DNA of 63,681 nucleotides, counting the filler, from Olpidium bornovanus S191 (lineage: Eukaryota > Fungi > Olpidiomycota): assembly GCA_017911155.1 (NCBI GenBank). It is 28 parts of 28 records of this genome, joined end to end, with 100 filler letters (N's around TTAATTAATTAA, not from the genome) between each part and the next. Parts side by side here need not be neighbours in the genome. Positions count along the whole stretch, not along the records: positions 48,214 to 50,565 come from JAEFCI010005406.1; positions 50,666 to 53,203 come from JAEFCI010000760.1; positions 53,304 to 57,245 come from JAEFCI010010417.1; positions 57,346 to 59,834 come from JAEFCI010006758.1; positions 59,935 to 62,385 come from JAEFCI010002021.1; 23 more parts are not named here. One strand, 5' to 3'. The notes beneath the pieces were generated by a model. The model made no database searches. It had not been told where the DNA came from and was given only the letters and a program-made list of their open reading frames with translations. Below, in pieces: positions 50,401 to 61,884 of this stretch. The position numbers and the translations under genes were made by a program. Numbering within the stretch: position 1 is the stretch's first letter; the number at the start of each line of letters is the position of its first letter.

Positions 50401-50665
50401 TTTTGAGGAGGACGCGGTCCGCAGGCCCGGGGCGGAAAGGAAATGGCGGTCTACTTTTTGTTGATCATCGGGCCGAAAATGTCAGCCCACAGACTTCTGA
50501 AAAGCCTCTCCTTCTCGGAGGCAAAGCAGTATCTGGAGAATTGTGGTCTGGACATGCTTGCCCTCNNNNNNNNNNNNNNNNNNNNNNNNNNNNNNNNNNN
50601 NNNNNNNNNTTAATTAATTAANNNNNNNNNNNNNNNNNNNNNNNNNNNNNNNNNNNNNNNNNNNN

Positions 50666-51678
50666 GCATGTCTTTCGGCATCAAGGGCTGCCGGACAGCA
50701 TTGTTTCCGATTGTGGGCCAGGCTGGACTTCCACTTTCTGGAGAACGATGTGTGAACAATTGCACATAGATCAGCGATTGTCTACTGCACGTCATCAACA
50801 GACGGATGGACAGGCCGAAAGAGCAATCGGCATCGTCAAGACAATGCTCCGATCATACCTTGGATCCCGAAAGGAGGACTGGCTTACGGCGCTGCCCCTC
50901 CTCGAGTTCGTGCACAACGCGACGCCTCACGCGATCACCGGCAAGTTGCCAGATATGTTGGCCTTCGGGACCGACCTTCACGGCCTAGATGGCATCCGGA
51001 AGGACAGTCCCCTAGCCAATTTATTGGCTAAGCTTCGGAAGGCGTAGGATGCCTTGAAGCTAGCTCAACCCCGGCAAGCCAAGGCGTACAATTCCCGACG
51101 AAGAAACATCCAGTACTCCGTTGGTGACCACATCCCCCTGCTCCGCGAAGGCCTCTGGCACGAAGAAAAACTGCTATCCCGAAAATACGCAGTGTCCTAT
51201 GTTAAACCTTTCCTTGTCACCGACAAAGACGAAAGGGACAACTATACTCTAGCACGTCCTCCACGCTTTGCCCTGATCCATCCCGTCTTCCACGTCTCGC
51301 TCCTGCGGAAGTATGAGGAACCGGGCAAAGGAAGGAAGATCAGCCGGCCACGCTCTGAGAACTGCGAGTATGAGGTAGAAGCAGTAATTGGGAAGCGTAT
51401 TTGGCGCGGAAAACAACACAGTTCCTTAACTATAATTAATATATAAGTTATAATGCAATTGTGTAATATTTATACATTTAATTATATTATATACTACCAT
51501 ATATAATTATATACTAATAATATTTATATATAATATTATTGATACATACCTTGTCCTCTGGCTTGGCTACGACAGGTCCGAGGCCACCTGGGAGGATGAG
51601 AAAAACCTTGTCAATGCCTGAGACGACGTCGCCGAATACCTTGAACGCAACCCTGACACGCTTCCCACCCTAAACTAG
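50666..51678 (+). mobile_element. Ty3/gypsy chromovirus pol 3' part: integrase core, GPY/F-like region and chromodomain; degenerate
   Basis: HQGLPDSIVSD...LSTARHQQTDGQAERAI...DWLTALPLLEFVHN..., then YNSRRRNIQYSVGD...IHPVFHVSLLRKY, then CEYEVEAVIGKRIWRGKQ[insert]YLVLWLGYDRSEATWEDEKNL. In-frame stops at 51045 and 51619. Confidence 0.95.
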
Positions 51679-52134
51679 CAAAGTTATCGCCAAGTGTGCA
51701 GCTGATTCCTCGACATCCGAGGTTCCGCCCTCATCATCACCAGAGGGCTCGGAGTGCCTGAGAATGTCTTCATTGCCTCCAGGCTCAGAGCGCCGAAGAC
51801 CTGGTGCAGGTCCGAAACCTCTAGTCGTCACAAATGACCAAAGACGCCGCCGGATCGCGTGAGCCATCGTCAGGCGGCCTTTGTGGTCCTCTGGGAGGTC
51901 CATGACGGCCGTCCCATGCGGCTCCTCGTTTGCGAAAAGAAGAGGAGGTTGTCCTCCAGCTCGAAGTATACCCCGCGAACCCGCAAGACCTCCAACGCCC
52001 CCGGCACCGTCACCTTGTTGAGAAGGTTGACCAAGATCTGCCCCGAAGCGTGGAAAGCCGGAAAACACGTTAGTCGAACGCGCTGACAAAAAGACCCAAG
52101 AGGCCGATGGTAGAGAATACGCCGTGGACTTCGG

Positions 52135-52720
52135 GCGTCCAGCGGCCCCCGGATAATGCCGCGCGCTTGGGACCTCTGCCATGGTGGCCAACCATCATGA
52201 CCCGCGACCGCACGCACCCCGGTAGAGCCGCCTTCGGTCCTCAGTGCAGACGCCCCGAAGGACGTCCAGTGACCCCCGGATGATGCTGCGCCCTTGGGAC
52301 CTCTGCTACGGCGACCAACCGTCAGAGACCCGCGCCCACACGCACCCCGGAAGAGCCGCCTTCGGCCCTCTGCGCCGACGCCCCATGACAGGCGGCGTGC
52401 ACAGGAAGCGCGCACAGTAAGCCTCCGCATGAAGGGCGACCAGCGACCCCTGGATGATGTTGTGCGCTTGGGACCTCTGCTACGGCGACCAACCGTCAGA
52501 GACCCGCGCCCACACGCACCCCGGGAGAGCCGTCTTTGGCCCTCTGCGCCGATGCCCCCTGACAGGCGGCGTGCACAGGAAGCGCGCACAGTAAGCCTCC
52601 GCATGAAGGGCGTCCAGCGACCCCCGGATAATGCTGTGGGCTTGGGAATTCTGCTACGGTGGCCAGCCGTCAGAGACCCGCGCTCACACACACCCCAGGA
52701 GAGCCGCCTTCGATCCCCCA
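52135..52720. repeat. Tandem array with 174-bp unit (one 127-bp partial unit plus about 2.5 full units)
   Basis: The TTGGGA(C/A) anchor occurs at 52167, 52294, 52468 and 52642, giving spacings of 127, 174 and 174. The 174-bp unit equals 58 codons. Confidence 0.95.
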
Positions 52721-53303
52721 TGCGTTTGCTCCGTATGGCGAAACATGTGGCGGAATCCGTGAATTCGTCATGCCCCGTCCTCACCCCAAGTTTGACGCGC
52801 AGACCTTCTTCCGAAGATAACGCCGCGTGACCATGGACGCGGCCAAGGGAGCCGCGGCGGCGGTCACGGCGGACGAGAGCGCAACAAGCGCCTTTTTTAT
52901 TTTTATTTTTTTTTCTTTTTCTTTCTTCCTTTCTTTCCTCCCTTCTTCCGGGCTGGGAAAAGGGAGCGCAGCGCAGCGCACCCCATTTTATGCCCGTGGG
53001 TCGCGCCTTTTTTTTCCTTGCCGTTTGTTTTGGCTATTTAGCCGGTCGATCGATCACGTGACCAACACCCGCACCCACCGAAAAAAAAAAAAAAAAAACC
53101 GACAGGCGTGCTGGCCGCGTGCTCCCTGTCCCGTCAGATAATTTGACCTCGATACTTCCTATGCCAGGAAGTGGGCAGGGTGTCACAGGCGCACGCCTGC
53201 AGANNNNNNNNNNNNNNNNNNNNNNNNNNNNNNNNNNNNNNNNNNNNTTAATTAATTAANNNNNNNNNNNNNNNNNNNNNNNNNNNNNNNNNNNNNNNNN
53301 NNN

Positions 53304-53490
53304 CATGGGTCCTGTTTGTTCATAATACTGCATCCAACATATTCTGGTCGTTTATGTCAGAGGTTTGCCACTTCACCTTGTCTAACTGCTGTTTCCAACA
53401 GCAGATGCAGTGTTTCTTTTATGGTATACAACCCATCCTTCCGTTTTGCACTGATAATCTTCATCCCGTTCTCAGCACAGGCCCAGAATT
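53304..53490 (-). mobile_element. Ty1/copia GAG-pre-integrase relic
   Basis: KIISAKRKDGLYTI...ANL*HKRPEYVG resembles the copia G...GLY.L...LWH.RLGH motif, with the Trp codon changed to a stop. Confidence 0.5.
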
Positions 53491-53996
53491 TTGGTTGAAG
53501 ATCATGGCGCACCCGTCATAAGTCACCCCGTTGGACGAAGGCAAGTTGGCTGCATGCAGTGGACGGCGAACGGGTTCCCGCGGCACTTTTCCCCTGCGTG
53601 GCCGGGAAGTCCCCCCAAGCCGGCGGGTTTCCTTCCTCTCCGGGCGAACCCGAATTTCTTTGCCGCCTCAGTTTGACGCTCCTCCCCTCTTCCCCTCCAC
53701 AGCACCGCACCGCACAAAAAAAAAAAAGAAAAAAATAAAGGAAAAAAAAAAAAGAAAAAACAGGAAAGAAAAACCTCCGCAAGCTCATCCCTCGCCAAAC
53801 AGCCCGCGCGCTCGGAAAACTTAAATACTGAGAGTAAGAAAGCCAGCCGTTTCCCACGCCCGTCCGAGCCGAGCCTTAGCCTAGGCTTACAGAGCACGCG
53901 CGCGGCTCGCTCCGGCGCTCCCGACTAATTCCTGCTCGCTGTTTTCACTTGCGGGTAAAAACAAGGAAAAAAAAAAGAACAAATAGAAAAAAAAAA

Positions 53997-54691
53997 ATGG
54001 GGAAGCTCGACCAATTTCTCGTGAGTGTGCTGCTGGCTTTCCCGCTTCACGATTTCCCGCCTGACAAACGCTCCAACTGGTGGGGATAGGGGAGTCAACA
54101 ATAACCCGGCCGCGCTTGTTCATTCCTGCTTCCGCCATCATCATCATCATCTAGAAAAGTGGCTGGCTCAAGAAGTACTGCCCGGTCGAGGTCTATCCCA
54201 TTATTTTCCTGATAGGTGGCGCGACGGTCAGTTTCGGTGTTGCGTTTGGCCGCGCCTCCTTCGGGCCGGAAGTCAGCTGGACTAGAAGAATGTGTGTTAC
54301 CGGTGTTACATCACCCGGCGCGGGGACGGGGCGAGCGAGGAGTCATCTCGAACCTCCCGCCTTTTTTTTTTGTATTCCCGTGTCGCTCACGCCGTGCACG
54401 CGTTTTTTCCACTCCGCGACTCCACGGCGTGCCGTGCAGCGATGACAGTCCCTGGAGGGGTGCCCGGAGCTACGACAACCTGAAGCTGTACTCGCCCAGC
54501 TTTTCGGACCTGAAGTTGAGGCCGTAAGCCGCCTCACAGCGAAGGCGCTCCGCACGCGCTATTTTTGGAATGGCGGGGAGACAAAAGATACAAAGAAAAC
54601 AAAACATCAAGAAAAGACCCCAAGACCAACGCCGGGAACTCGGCCCCCTAGAAAAATTCAAATGCCTATAGATCGGACGCACGTTCTGTAA
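53997..54691 (+). CDS. NDUFA4/B12D-family (MLRQ/COXFA4-like) small mitochondrial membrane protein, about 4 exons
   Basis: In-phase splicing gives MGKLDQFL/KSGWLKKYCPVEVYPIIFLIGGATVSFGVAFGRASFGPEVSWTRRI/DDSPWRGARSYDNLKLYSPS.... The P.E.YP, TM helix, GPEV.W and PW...KL pattern fits. The last exon is tentative. Confidence 0.7.
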
Positions 54692-55323
54692 CATAGGACG
54701 CATTGGACGGCGATTTTGAGAATGAGGTACACACGAGGATGTGGATTCTTTTACGGGTGGGATTCCCGGAAGCATCCAGGAAAAGCAACGCCCACGGGCG
54801 TTCGCCCCCTGTGGGTGCATCGGGGGTGTACCTTCGCGCTTCTTCCCCCCCCGTCCCCCCCCACCTCCAAAGTCTAATGTCGCGTGACCTGCCTGCAACA
54901 TGCCTTCCCAAACTGCTTTGTGATGCGAAATGCGGCCTTTCTTCCTCGGTACCCATAACGTTTTGCCTTCCCGGCAAAATACGCCGCGTGCGGATCAATG
55001 ACAACGCGCCGTTGCATACAAATGTTGATGGTTTTTTATTTCTTCCTTTGGGAACACCGGTACGCTCCCCAGTCCGCCGGCCGTCCAAAGTGGGGGATCA
55101 TGTTTCTGCTTCCCCCGCCCAGACATGGCGCGGGTGTGAGCCGGCCCAGAGACGACTTTTCCTGCCTCCGCAGAAGACGGTGGCGTTTTGTTTACGGTTT
55201 TTGTGCGCGGACGAGGGTCGGCCGGAGCCTGTGACCAAAACGTGCGCAGCTCGACAGAAAGGCCAAAAGCAATCCGCAGGAAAAAAAAAAAAATACTTCG
55301 GCGCCCACCCGGACCGCAAAAAG

Positions 55324-56261
55324 ATGCTCGCTGCTCCTGCTGCCGCTGCGGCCTTCCGGGCCACTGCAAGGGCGTCCCTCCTTGCCGCTCGTCCCTGTGG
55401 CCTCGCCGCCGCCGCCGGGAATCTGGCGGCCAGGGGAGCGTGCACGCCGCTCCGGTCGCCGCGCGGGAACGCGTCGTCCGCAGCCCGGTAAGCAGGCGGG
55501 CGGGTGAAACGAGGCCGGTCAAAGTCGAACCGAACCGATTTCCCGGTTCAGGCGAGCAGGGCGGCCTGTTTGTCGGGAGGCCCTGGCGTCGACGAAGGCC
55601 ACCTTGTTCCGCCCGGCCAAACCCTACCTCCGAGTCGCCGAGTCGACGCCGCTTCCTGACGCCGCATCCCCGCCGCTTTCCCTTTCGTTCGCAGGTTATT
55701 CTCCGTCCGCCCGGCCGTGGAAAGGACGACGCCGCTTTTCTTTTCCGGAAGGGTCGGCGGGCTGGCGCCGTCGCTCACCAAGTGAGCATCCCCTGTTTTC
55801 TGCTCTTGAAAAGCCACCTACCCGCAGCCCGGCGGGATACCACGCGAGGAAGTCCGAAAACCGACGGACCGGCGCCTTGCCTGACGGAGGCCGGCGCAGT
55901 CGTTTCCTGCGAACTCGGATCCTTCTCCCGCTCGCGCCTGGCCCAGCCAGGTTGTTTTTTTTTTCCCACTACACCAAAACACCTGTCGACTATGATGCTC
56001 CCCGTCTGGACGTGTTTTTAACGCCCGCCCAACGTTTCGTGGACTTCTTTTCGCAGACCTGTCTCCGTCTTCCAGCGCGCTGCGCCGCCGCAGCAGCCTC
56101 TCGGACAACAGCGCCGGTGCATAACAAAGGGACGCACGTACCAGCCCAATGTGCGGAGGCGCAACAGGGTAGTAGGATACCACGCGCGGGTGAAAACCAG
56201 AGAGGGACGGAAGGTCATGGCCAAACGCCACGCGAAGGGGAGGAGGCGCGTGTGCTGGTGA
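55324..56261 (+). CDS. MRPL34: Mitochondrial ribosomal protein bL34m, 3 exons
   Basis: Ala/Arg-rich targeting presequence, then spliced to ...RCITKGRTYQPNVRRRNRVVGYHARVKTREGRKVMAKRHAKGRRRVCW*, which carries the L34 signature. Confidence 0.9.
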
Positions 56262-57346
56262 TACTGGTGAATGCACTCGAAACTGTGGAGGAATGGAAGT
56301 TCGCGGCATGTACGTTTTTTTTGCGTTTGTGGGACGCAGAGGAGGCTTTTCGGCGTAAGCGACCATCCGTTGCGGCCGGTCCCGGTTGGGAAATTTGGGC
56401 CAAGATGCTCTGGTGCAACACGGTTACCAGTTTCGCGTCGCTTTGTGACTATGGCCTCTCCTGCCGGCGGCCAAGCTGTACTTTTGGTATAGTGATGGAT
56501 GGCAGGATCACTGCAGACTCCGCCTACCTCCCGCGTTTATTGGTGATTTTCCGTCTTGTTCTCTCCCGCCCAATAAAGCGGTTGGACAGAGCTGACTGGT
56601 CGGCGGGTGTGAATTTCGGCGTGAGCGGGAAGCCGCATGTAATTTAACTTGGGACCATTCCACCGGAGCAAACTGCGCTGCCGCAATTACCGTGCACGAA
56701 TAACTATGGTGCTCCCCGATGCCACCGGCGTTGTATTGTACAGAGGCCAGTCACCCTTGGTAGCCGCAGGCCTGGTTTGAAAGAACCTGGATTTTTAGGA
56801 GCGCCTGCCACTGTGCATGAAGTCAAAAAGCTGATTTCACAGGTCCTGGAGAATTTGTGTGCGGCCGCAACAGGGATGATCCTTCACGACGACCGGGCAC
56901 CGTGTGGCGTTTCGCCAACCGGCGTGTATTGTTCATGAACTTCCCGCTGGCTCCGACGAACGATCCCACTCGGCCGACCTGCGAGTTCTCCCACTGTCAA
57001 TTACAACACGGAACGCCCAAGAGGCGTTCGCGTCGCGGGCTTTCCCGCACACGTCAGCAAGCGCACACCCAACGCGGCGTTGGCCTCGCACAGACGCCGC
57101 AAGACGTAAAGCAACGACGTGGGTTGGCCGCGTTGGGCTTGGGCTTGCAGACTCTCTTTCGGCGCTCAGGCGGATCATCCATACCACTAGAATCTTATTT
57201 TGACCTGGGGGTGGGGGTGGGGGGGGGGGAGGGGGGGGGGCAGAANNNNNNNNNNNNNNNNNNNNNNNNNNNNNNNNNNNNNNNNNNNNTTAATTAATTA
57301 ANNNNNNNNNNNNNNNNNNNNNNNNNNNNNNNNNNNNNNNNNNNNC

Positions 57347-57607
57347 ATGGATCAACTGCCACCTGCTAAGCTTTTTGTCGACAATAACGGAGCATTGGAG
57401 ATTAGCCGCCATCCCGTTCACAACATACGCACCCGACACATCGGGGTCAGGTATCATTACGTCCGGGACGCCATCGCAGCTGGCACCATCCGCTTCAAGC
57501 AAGTGCCGACTCTCCGCAATACGGCCGATACGCTTGCAAAGGCACTTCCAACCCCGCGTTTTATTGAATGTCGTGATGAACTCGGCATCATTCGTGTTGA
57601 TCGTTAA
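57347..57607 (+). mobile_element. Ty1/copia RNase H C-terminus
   Basis: LFVDNNGALEISRHPVHNIRTRHIGVRYHYVRDAI...NTADTLAKALPTPRFIECRDELG. Confidence 0.93.
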
Positions 57608-58439
57608 ATACGTACACTATTTCCCACTTCCTTTGCCTTTCCTGCCTGGACCGGGAGGTTGATTTCCCACATCTTTCGTTAATGCACGCGGCTGCAAGAG
57701 GGGGTATCATCTTCTAGTTCACCCCACGCACACCTTCAACCCCCCCTTCCTTCTTTCCTTCCTTTTTCTTTTTACAAACGAGATACAAAAACAATACAAA
57801 GGAGAAAACCGCGTCAATACGCGGCGTTCGATGGGACAAAGGATGGGATGGCAGGTAACAGACATGCGCCCGCCGGGGGCTCTTGTTTCGGAGAGGGGTT
57901 CGCGAGGGTGAGGGTGGGGGTGAACGAGACAGAGAGGAGGCAGGGCGCTCCCACAGAGACGCAGAAAGACGATCGCGAAGTCAATGACGCCCCGCTCCTG
58001 GCCCAACAGCACGGTGGGCGTCTGAAACTTATCTCTCCTCGACTTCGATGCGCCGACAGCCCGACGGCAATCTCGGCTTCAACCCCATCTTCCCTTCTAT
58101 TTTGACGTCGGGGTTTTTCGGACGGGGAATTTTACATAGGCGACAGGAAGCAAGAAAAGGAAAGAAAAAGGGGGGAAGTGAAATCAAAACAAAAAAGGGG
58201 GTCGAAGGGAGAGTTCGATGGGCTACGCAAGTCGAGGGAAATCAATGGAATTGTGCAAATCGATCTCGATGGGGAGGGGGAAGCAAAGGATTATGCAACG
58301 GAAAGGCGTCGACACGGCGTCCGTCGTAGACGCGTAATCTGATCGACCATTTGGGCGCCGACACCGTGCCGGGGCATCTGGTACCAGGAGCTGGGTACGC
58401 CTACGGGCCACCGCCAACGAATGATCCCTCCGCAGCCAG

Positions 58440-59319
58440 ATGTGTGCATATGGTGTGATGTTGCAGGTCATTGCAGGGCCCAGTGCCAAAAAATTCCAGG
58501 CCGCATTGAACGTTGGGGCTGTGCAGCTCGTGGCGGGTAGGATCTACCAGCTGGATGTGACAACGCTTCTGACACGCTTCGGACGAGGCAGGATCCATCA
58601 GGCAGTCTGGGATAAACACGATCAGGCAGACGCAAGGAATCAGGCCCAAGCGGCAAGGGGCGTACCACCCGCCGGGTCGATCGCGGGCCAAAGCTTGGTT
58701 GTCAAGATTCAAGAGCTCCCCGATAAAGACTTTAAATGGGTAAAGCCATTGAAGGGTGCATCGACGAGTGAGGTGATTTGGGAGTGGGAGTGCACACAAC
58801 CTCGAGTGAGGTTACCAGCTGGGGGAGAGCGGGCTGGGGGATTGTACGGCCTGGGAGAGTGGGGCCCGAAAGACAAGGCTAATCTGCTGGCCCTGCATAG
58901 GGCGAGTGAAGTGCTCTGGGCCCAGCCAGTGTCTGAGGCGTGCGTATATGTTCTGGCAATCAGAAGGTCAGTGACAACTTTGGTGGATTGTGGGTCGGAG
59001 ATTTATTTGGCAGAGCAGTGGTTGGCAGAAAAAACCAGATGGTTGATGGTGACGTCTCCAGGGTGGGTGCTGCACACGGTGGTCGGTAAGGACAGCATTT
59101 ACAGGGCCTGTTTAAAGGTTCTGTTGAAATGATATCCAGCTTCCACACGCGGCACAATGTGTTCATCCGGCCGACATTTGGGCACGACTTGATTCTTGGC
59201 CAGCCCTGGCGGGCAAAGCTTTGCTGCACCAGCATCTGGAAGAACAATGACTCGGAGGTGGGACATGTCAGTTCTTTGGAAGGCGAGCAAGCGGTCCAGT
59301 TCGGGTGGTTTCCCCTACC
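58440..59319 (+). mobile_element. Degenerate Ty3/gypsy-like gag-protease region
   Basis: TLVDCGSEIYL (retropepsin DSG-like motif) and, after a frameshift, GHDLILGQPW. Confidence 0.6.
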
Positions 59320-59834
59320 TGTGCTGTAGCACGGCCCTCGAACCGCCCGTCGACCGACGCCACGGAAGGCGGGCGGCGGGCGAAGGGCGGCGGGCGAAGG
59401 GCGCAGGACAAAGGCCGAGAAGCGGTCGAAGGGCGGAGGCGACGGCGGGATCGAGGGCAGGACGGCCCCCGAACCCGGGGGCCGACCAATAGAATAGTCC
59501 CCCTTGAAGCCTGCCAATCGAAGAGTGCTTCCCCCCTTCCCCCCCTCGAAGCCCGCCAATTGAAAAGCTTTCCCCTTTGCCCCCTTCCCCCCCAGCGCCA
59601 CACGTGAGAACCCCCGCCAACCATAACCCCCTCGACTGCCTCCGCACCCCACCACACGCGAGAGCTCGGAGCCCCGCGTGGTAACCGCGCGGGAAGGGAC
59701 CGGACGCACCGCGTCGACAGACGCGACGTCGAGGGACGGCTTTTGCCGTCGAACTGCCCTCCGCTCGACGTCGACGAGCATAAATAGCGTCCCTTCCGCT
59801 CCGTAGCTCGACTTCGACCCTACCTGACTTTAAC
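59320..59834 (+). mobile_element. LTR, same family as 29777-30404, truncated by contig end
   Basis: Shared blocks in the same order: GCACGGCCYTCGAACCGC, GACCGACGCCACGGAAGGC, GACGGCCCCCGAACCCGGGGGCCGACCAATAGAATA, CTCGGAGCCCCGCG, GACGCACCGCGTCGACAGACGC, GCATAAATAGCGTCCCTTC. Confidence 0.9.
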
Positions 59835-60349
59835 NNNNNNNNNNNNNNNNNNNNNNNNNNNNNNNNNNNNNNNNNNNNTTAATTAATTAANNNNNNNNNN
59901 NNNNNNNNNNNNNNNNNNNNNNNNNNNNNNNNNNCATGTCTCCAACTGCAAGAAATTATCGTGTCCGACACGCAAGTACGTAATGCTTTCCCCGCACACA
60001 CACCCCGCTCCGTGAGTTGCGCTTTCGGGAGAAGACGGCGGGAGGTGCCGTTGTCTTTTACGGCTCTTCCCTATGAACTAGTGTAGGGGCAATGAGGGGT
60101 GTGTGGCGGCTGGCCGGGTCTTGCCGCGTTCCGCCCTAATCCCACCACACTTTCCCAACTTTTGGGTAATCCTCCCCAACTGGAAAAGTTTTTCAGGCGC
60201 CGCCGCGCACAACCCGCGCCCTTTCACCCGCGCAGCGTTCTCACTGATGGCATCACGCCGGAGGGGGCGCTAAATCGTCCCACATGTATGTCTAGTAAAG
60301 ACGGGGCAAAAAATGCGTGACCAACACCCAGCTTTTACGGCCTCGTTCA

Positions 60350-61140
60350 GAGTCGGGGCCCTGAAGTCGCCCATGCAGCGAAGGCCGAGCTCAAACGGCT
60401 TCTGAGTTATCATCCGCGTGTATCGAGACAGCATACAGTTGGGGTGCTGACGTTAGCCCATACAGAACAAGGCACGCAGTGCGAAAATGCAACTCGCAAA
60501 GTCCACGCGCGGCACTCAAAGTGGCCTGTCACGGTAAGCTGACGTGCTCCGTTTCCTAACATGGAATGAAGAGGAAGCACAAAGAAGACGAAATCAATGC
60601 AAAAATATGTCGTCTGCGTCCTTTACCAGGGACAATTCAACAAAGCTGAATTACGCACATCCCAAATGCCAGAAACTGAGCCGCGCTCGTGCCTCGCCGA
60701 TGTTCTGTCGTATCAAAAGGAATGGAGGCGTGTATACGAAAAGAACCTCGGCCGGTAGCGCCTGCCTGGCTGTTCAAAGTTGTCTTCCCTGGCGCTGGAT
60801 ATGCGTTAAATATGACTGCAAAGTAAGCACGTCCAAGATACTGTATGCTTTGTTCTTCTTTTTGTTCTTTTTCTGTAACTGACCATTACCTACTAATCCT
60901 CGGCCTCAACTGCGGCTAGCTGCAATTAGTTATGTCCAGCAAACGATCGCTACCGCGCACGTTGAAATGGTGGATGAGGTCATAACCTGGTGAGTTGACG
61001 TCGTTGCTTGCTTGTTGGGCACCGCAGCAGGGCACTAACGAGCGTGACACGTGCAGGATAACCGAATCCGACGCCGGCGACGAAGCTGATGCCGACACCA
61101 ACTCCGATACCAACGCCGGCGCCGACGCAGCCGCCTAACC
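60350..61140 (+). CDS. Hypothetical multi-exon protein, 3' part
   Basis: Open segments flanked by AG/GT (CLADVLSYQKEWRRVYEKNLG; AAISYVQQTIATAHVEMVDEVITW/ITESDAGDEAD...*). No family recognised. Confidence 0.35.
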
Positions 61141-61884
61141 ACGCGCTTCAGACAACGGACGTCACAATGCCAGAGGCGTGGTGTTTGAACTCCAATCCAC
61201 ATCTTGAACTTTGACGCCCACGGCAGCTCAATCTGTCCGACCACTCTTGCGATGATTACAGCAGCCATGACATGTGTTCGTTGACAAAATGTTCAAGGAA
61301 TTAAGAAGAAATTACAAAAGGGATATGGTGGACTTCCCTCCCCGCCGGACCTGCTTCGTGTGCTCCGGCGACGTCGGGCCGCCCTGGGGCTTACGATTGA
61401 ATTTTTTACCAATCACATCCGGAATAAAACGACATGTCACGTTGACCATGCAGAAACCCACACGGCGTACGCGGAGTGCTTACTGCAATTTGGCCCCGCA
61501 GCCGAGGCCGTGTGCTAGATAGCAGAGGCCGGGAAGAGGGGGCGCGCTGGGCAGCAGCAGCGGCGCGCCTCGCTCTCGCCGTCGGAGAATTATTTTTTTT
61601 TTCACATGGAGGTTCCCACGTTTCCTTCCCTCCACCTGCCCCCCGCAAAAAAGGGAAGGCAGGCGGGGTTCCTGGACGCTCCGGTCCACGCGACCTAACG
61701 GACTTGAGGACAAGCGTTGTTACTCCGCGCACCCGGCCGCTCTCGGCAGGACTGTCCCAAGCTCACAACCGGGCGGGTCCCGAACGCTGCGGTTTGGCCG
61801 GCCGCGGCCCGATTGGGGCAAACCAAAAACACAAGAGGGGCGGGAGGAATTAGCGCCTCCTAGAAGTGCCGCCCGCCTTGCACG

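Noticed and set aside
48214-50565. Possible gene or LINE fragment on this contig
   Set aside because: Several ORFs of 60-350 aa, but no recognisable motif or consistent exon chain, so no call can be supported.
53149-53175. ATACTTCCTATGCCAGG with a 7-bp stem, superficially like the U1 snRNA 5' end
   Set aside because: It lacks the invariant ACTTACCTG, and no U1 stem-loops or Sm site can be seen before the contig ends.
51045-53370. In-frame stops in TE relics as evidence of RIP or of stop-codon recoding
   Set aside because: The three stops (TAG 51045, TGA 51619, TGA near 53367) imply C-to-T changes in different dinucleotide contexts and occur only in decayed elements. Host genes use standard stops. 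Too few sites to support either idea.
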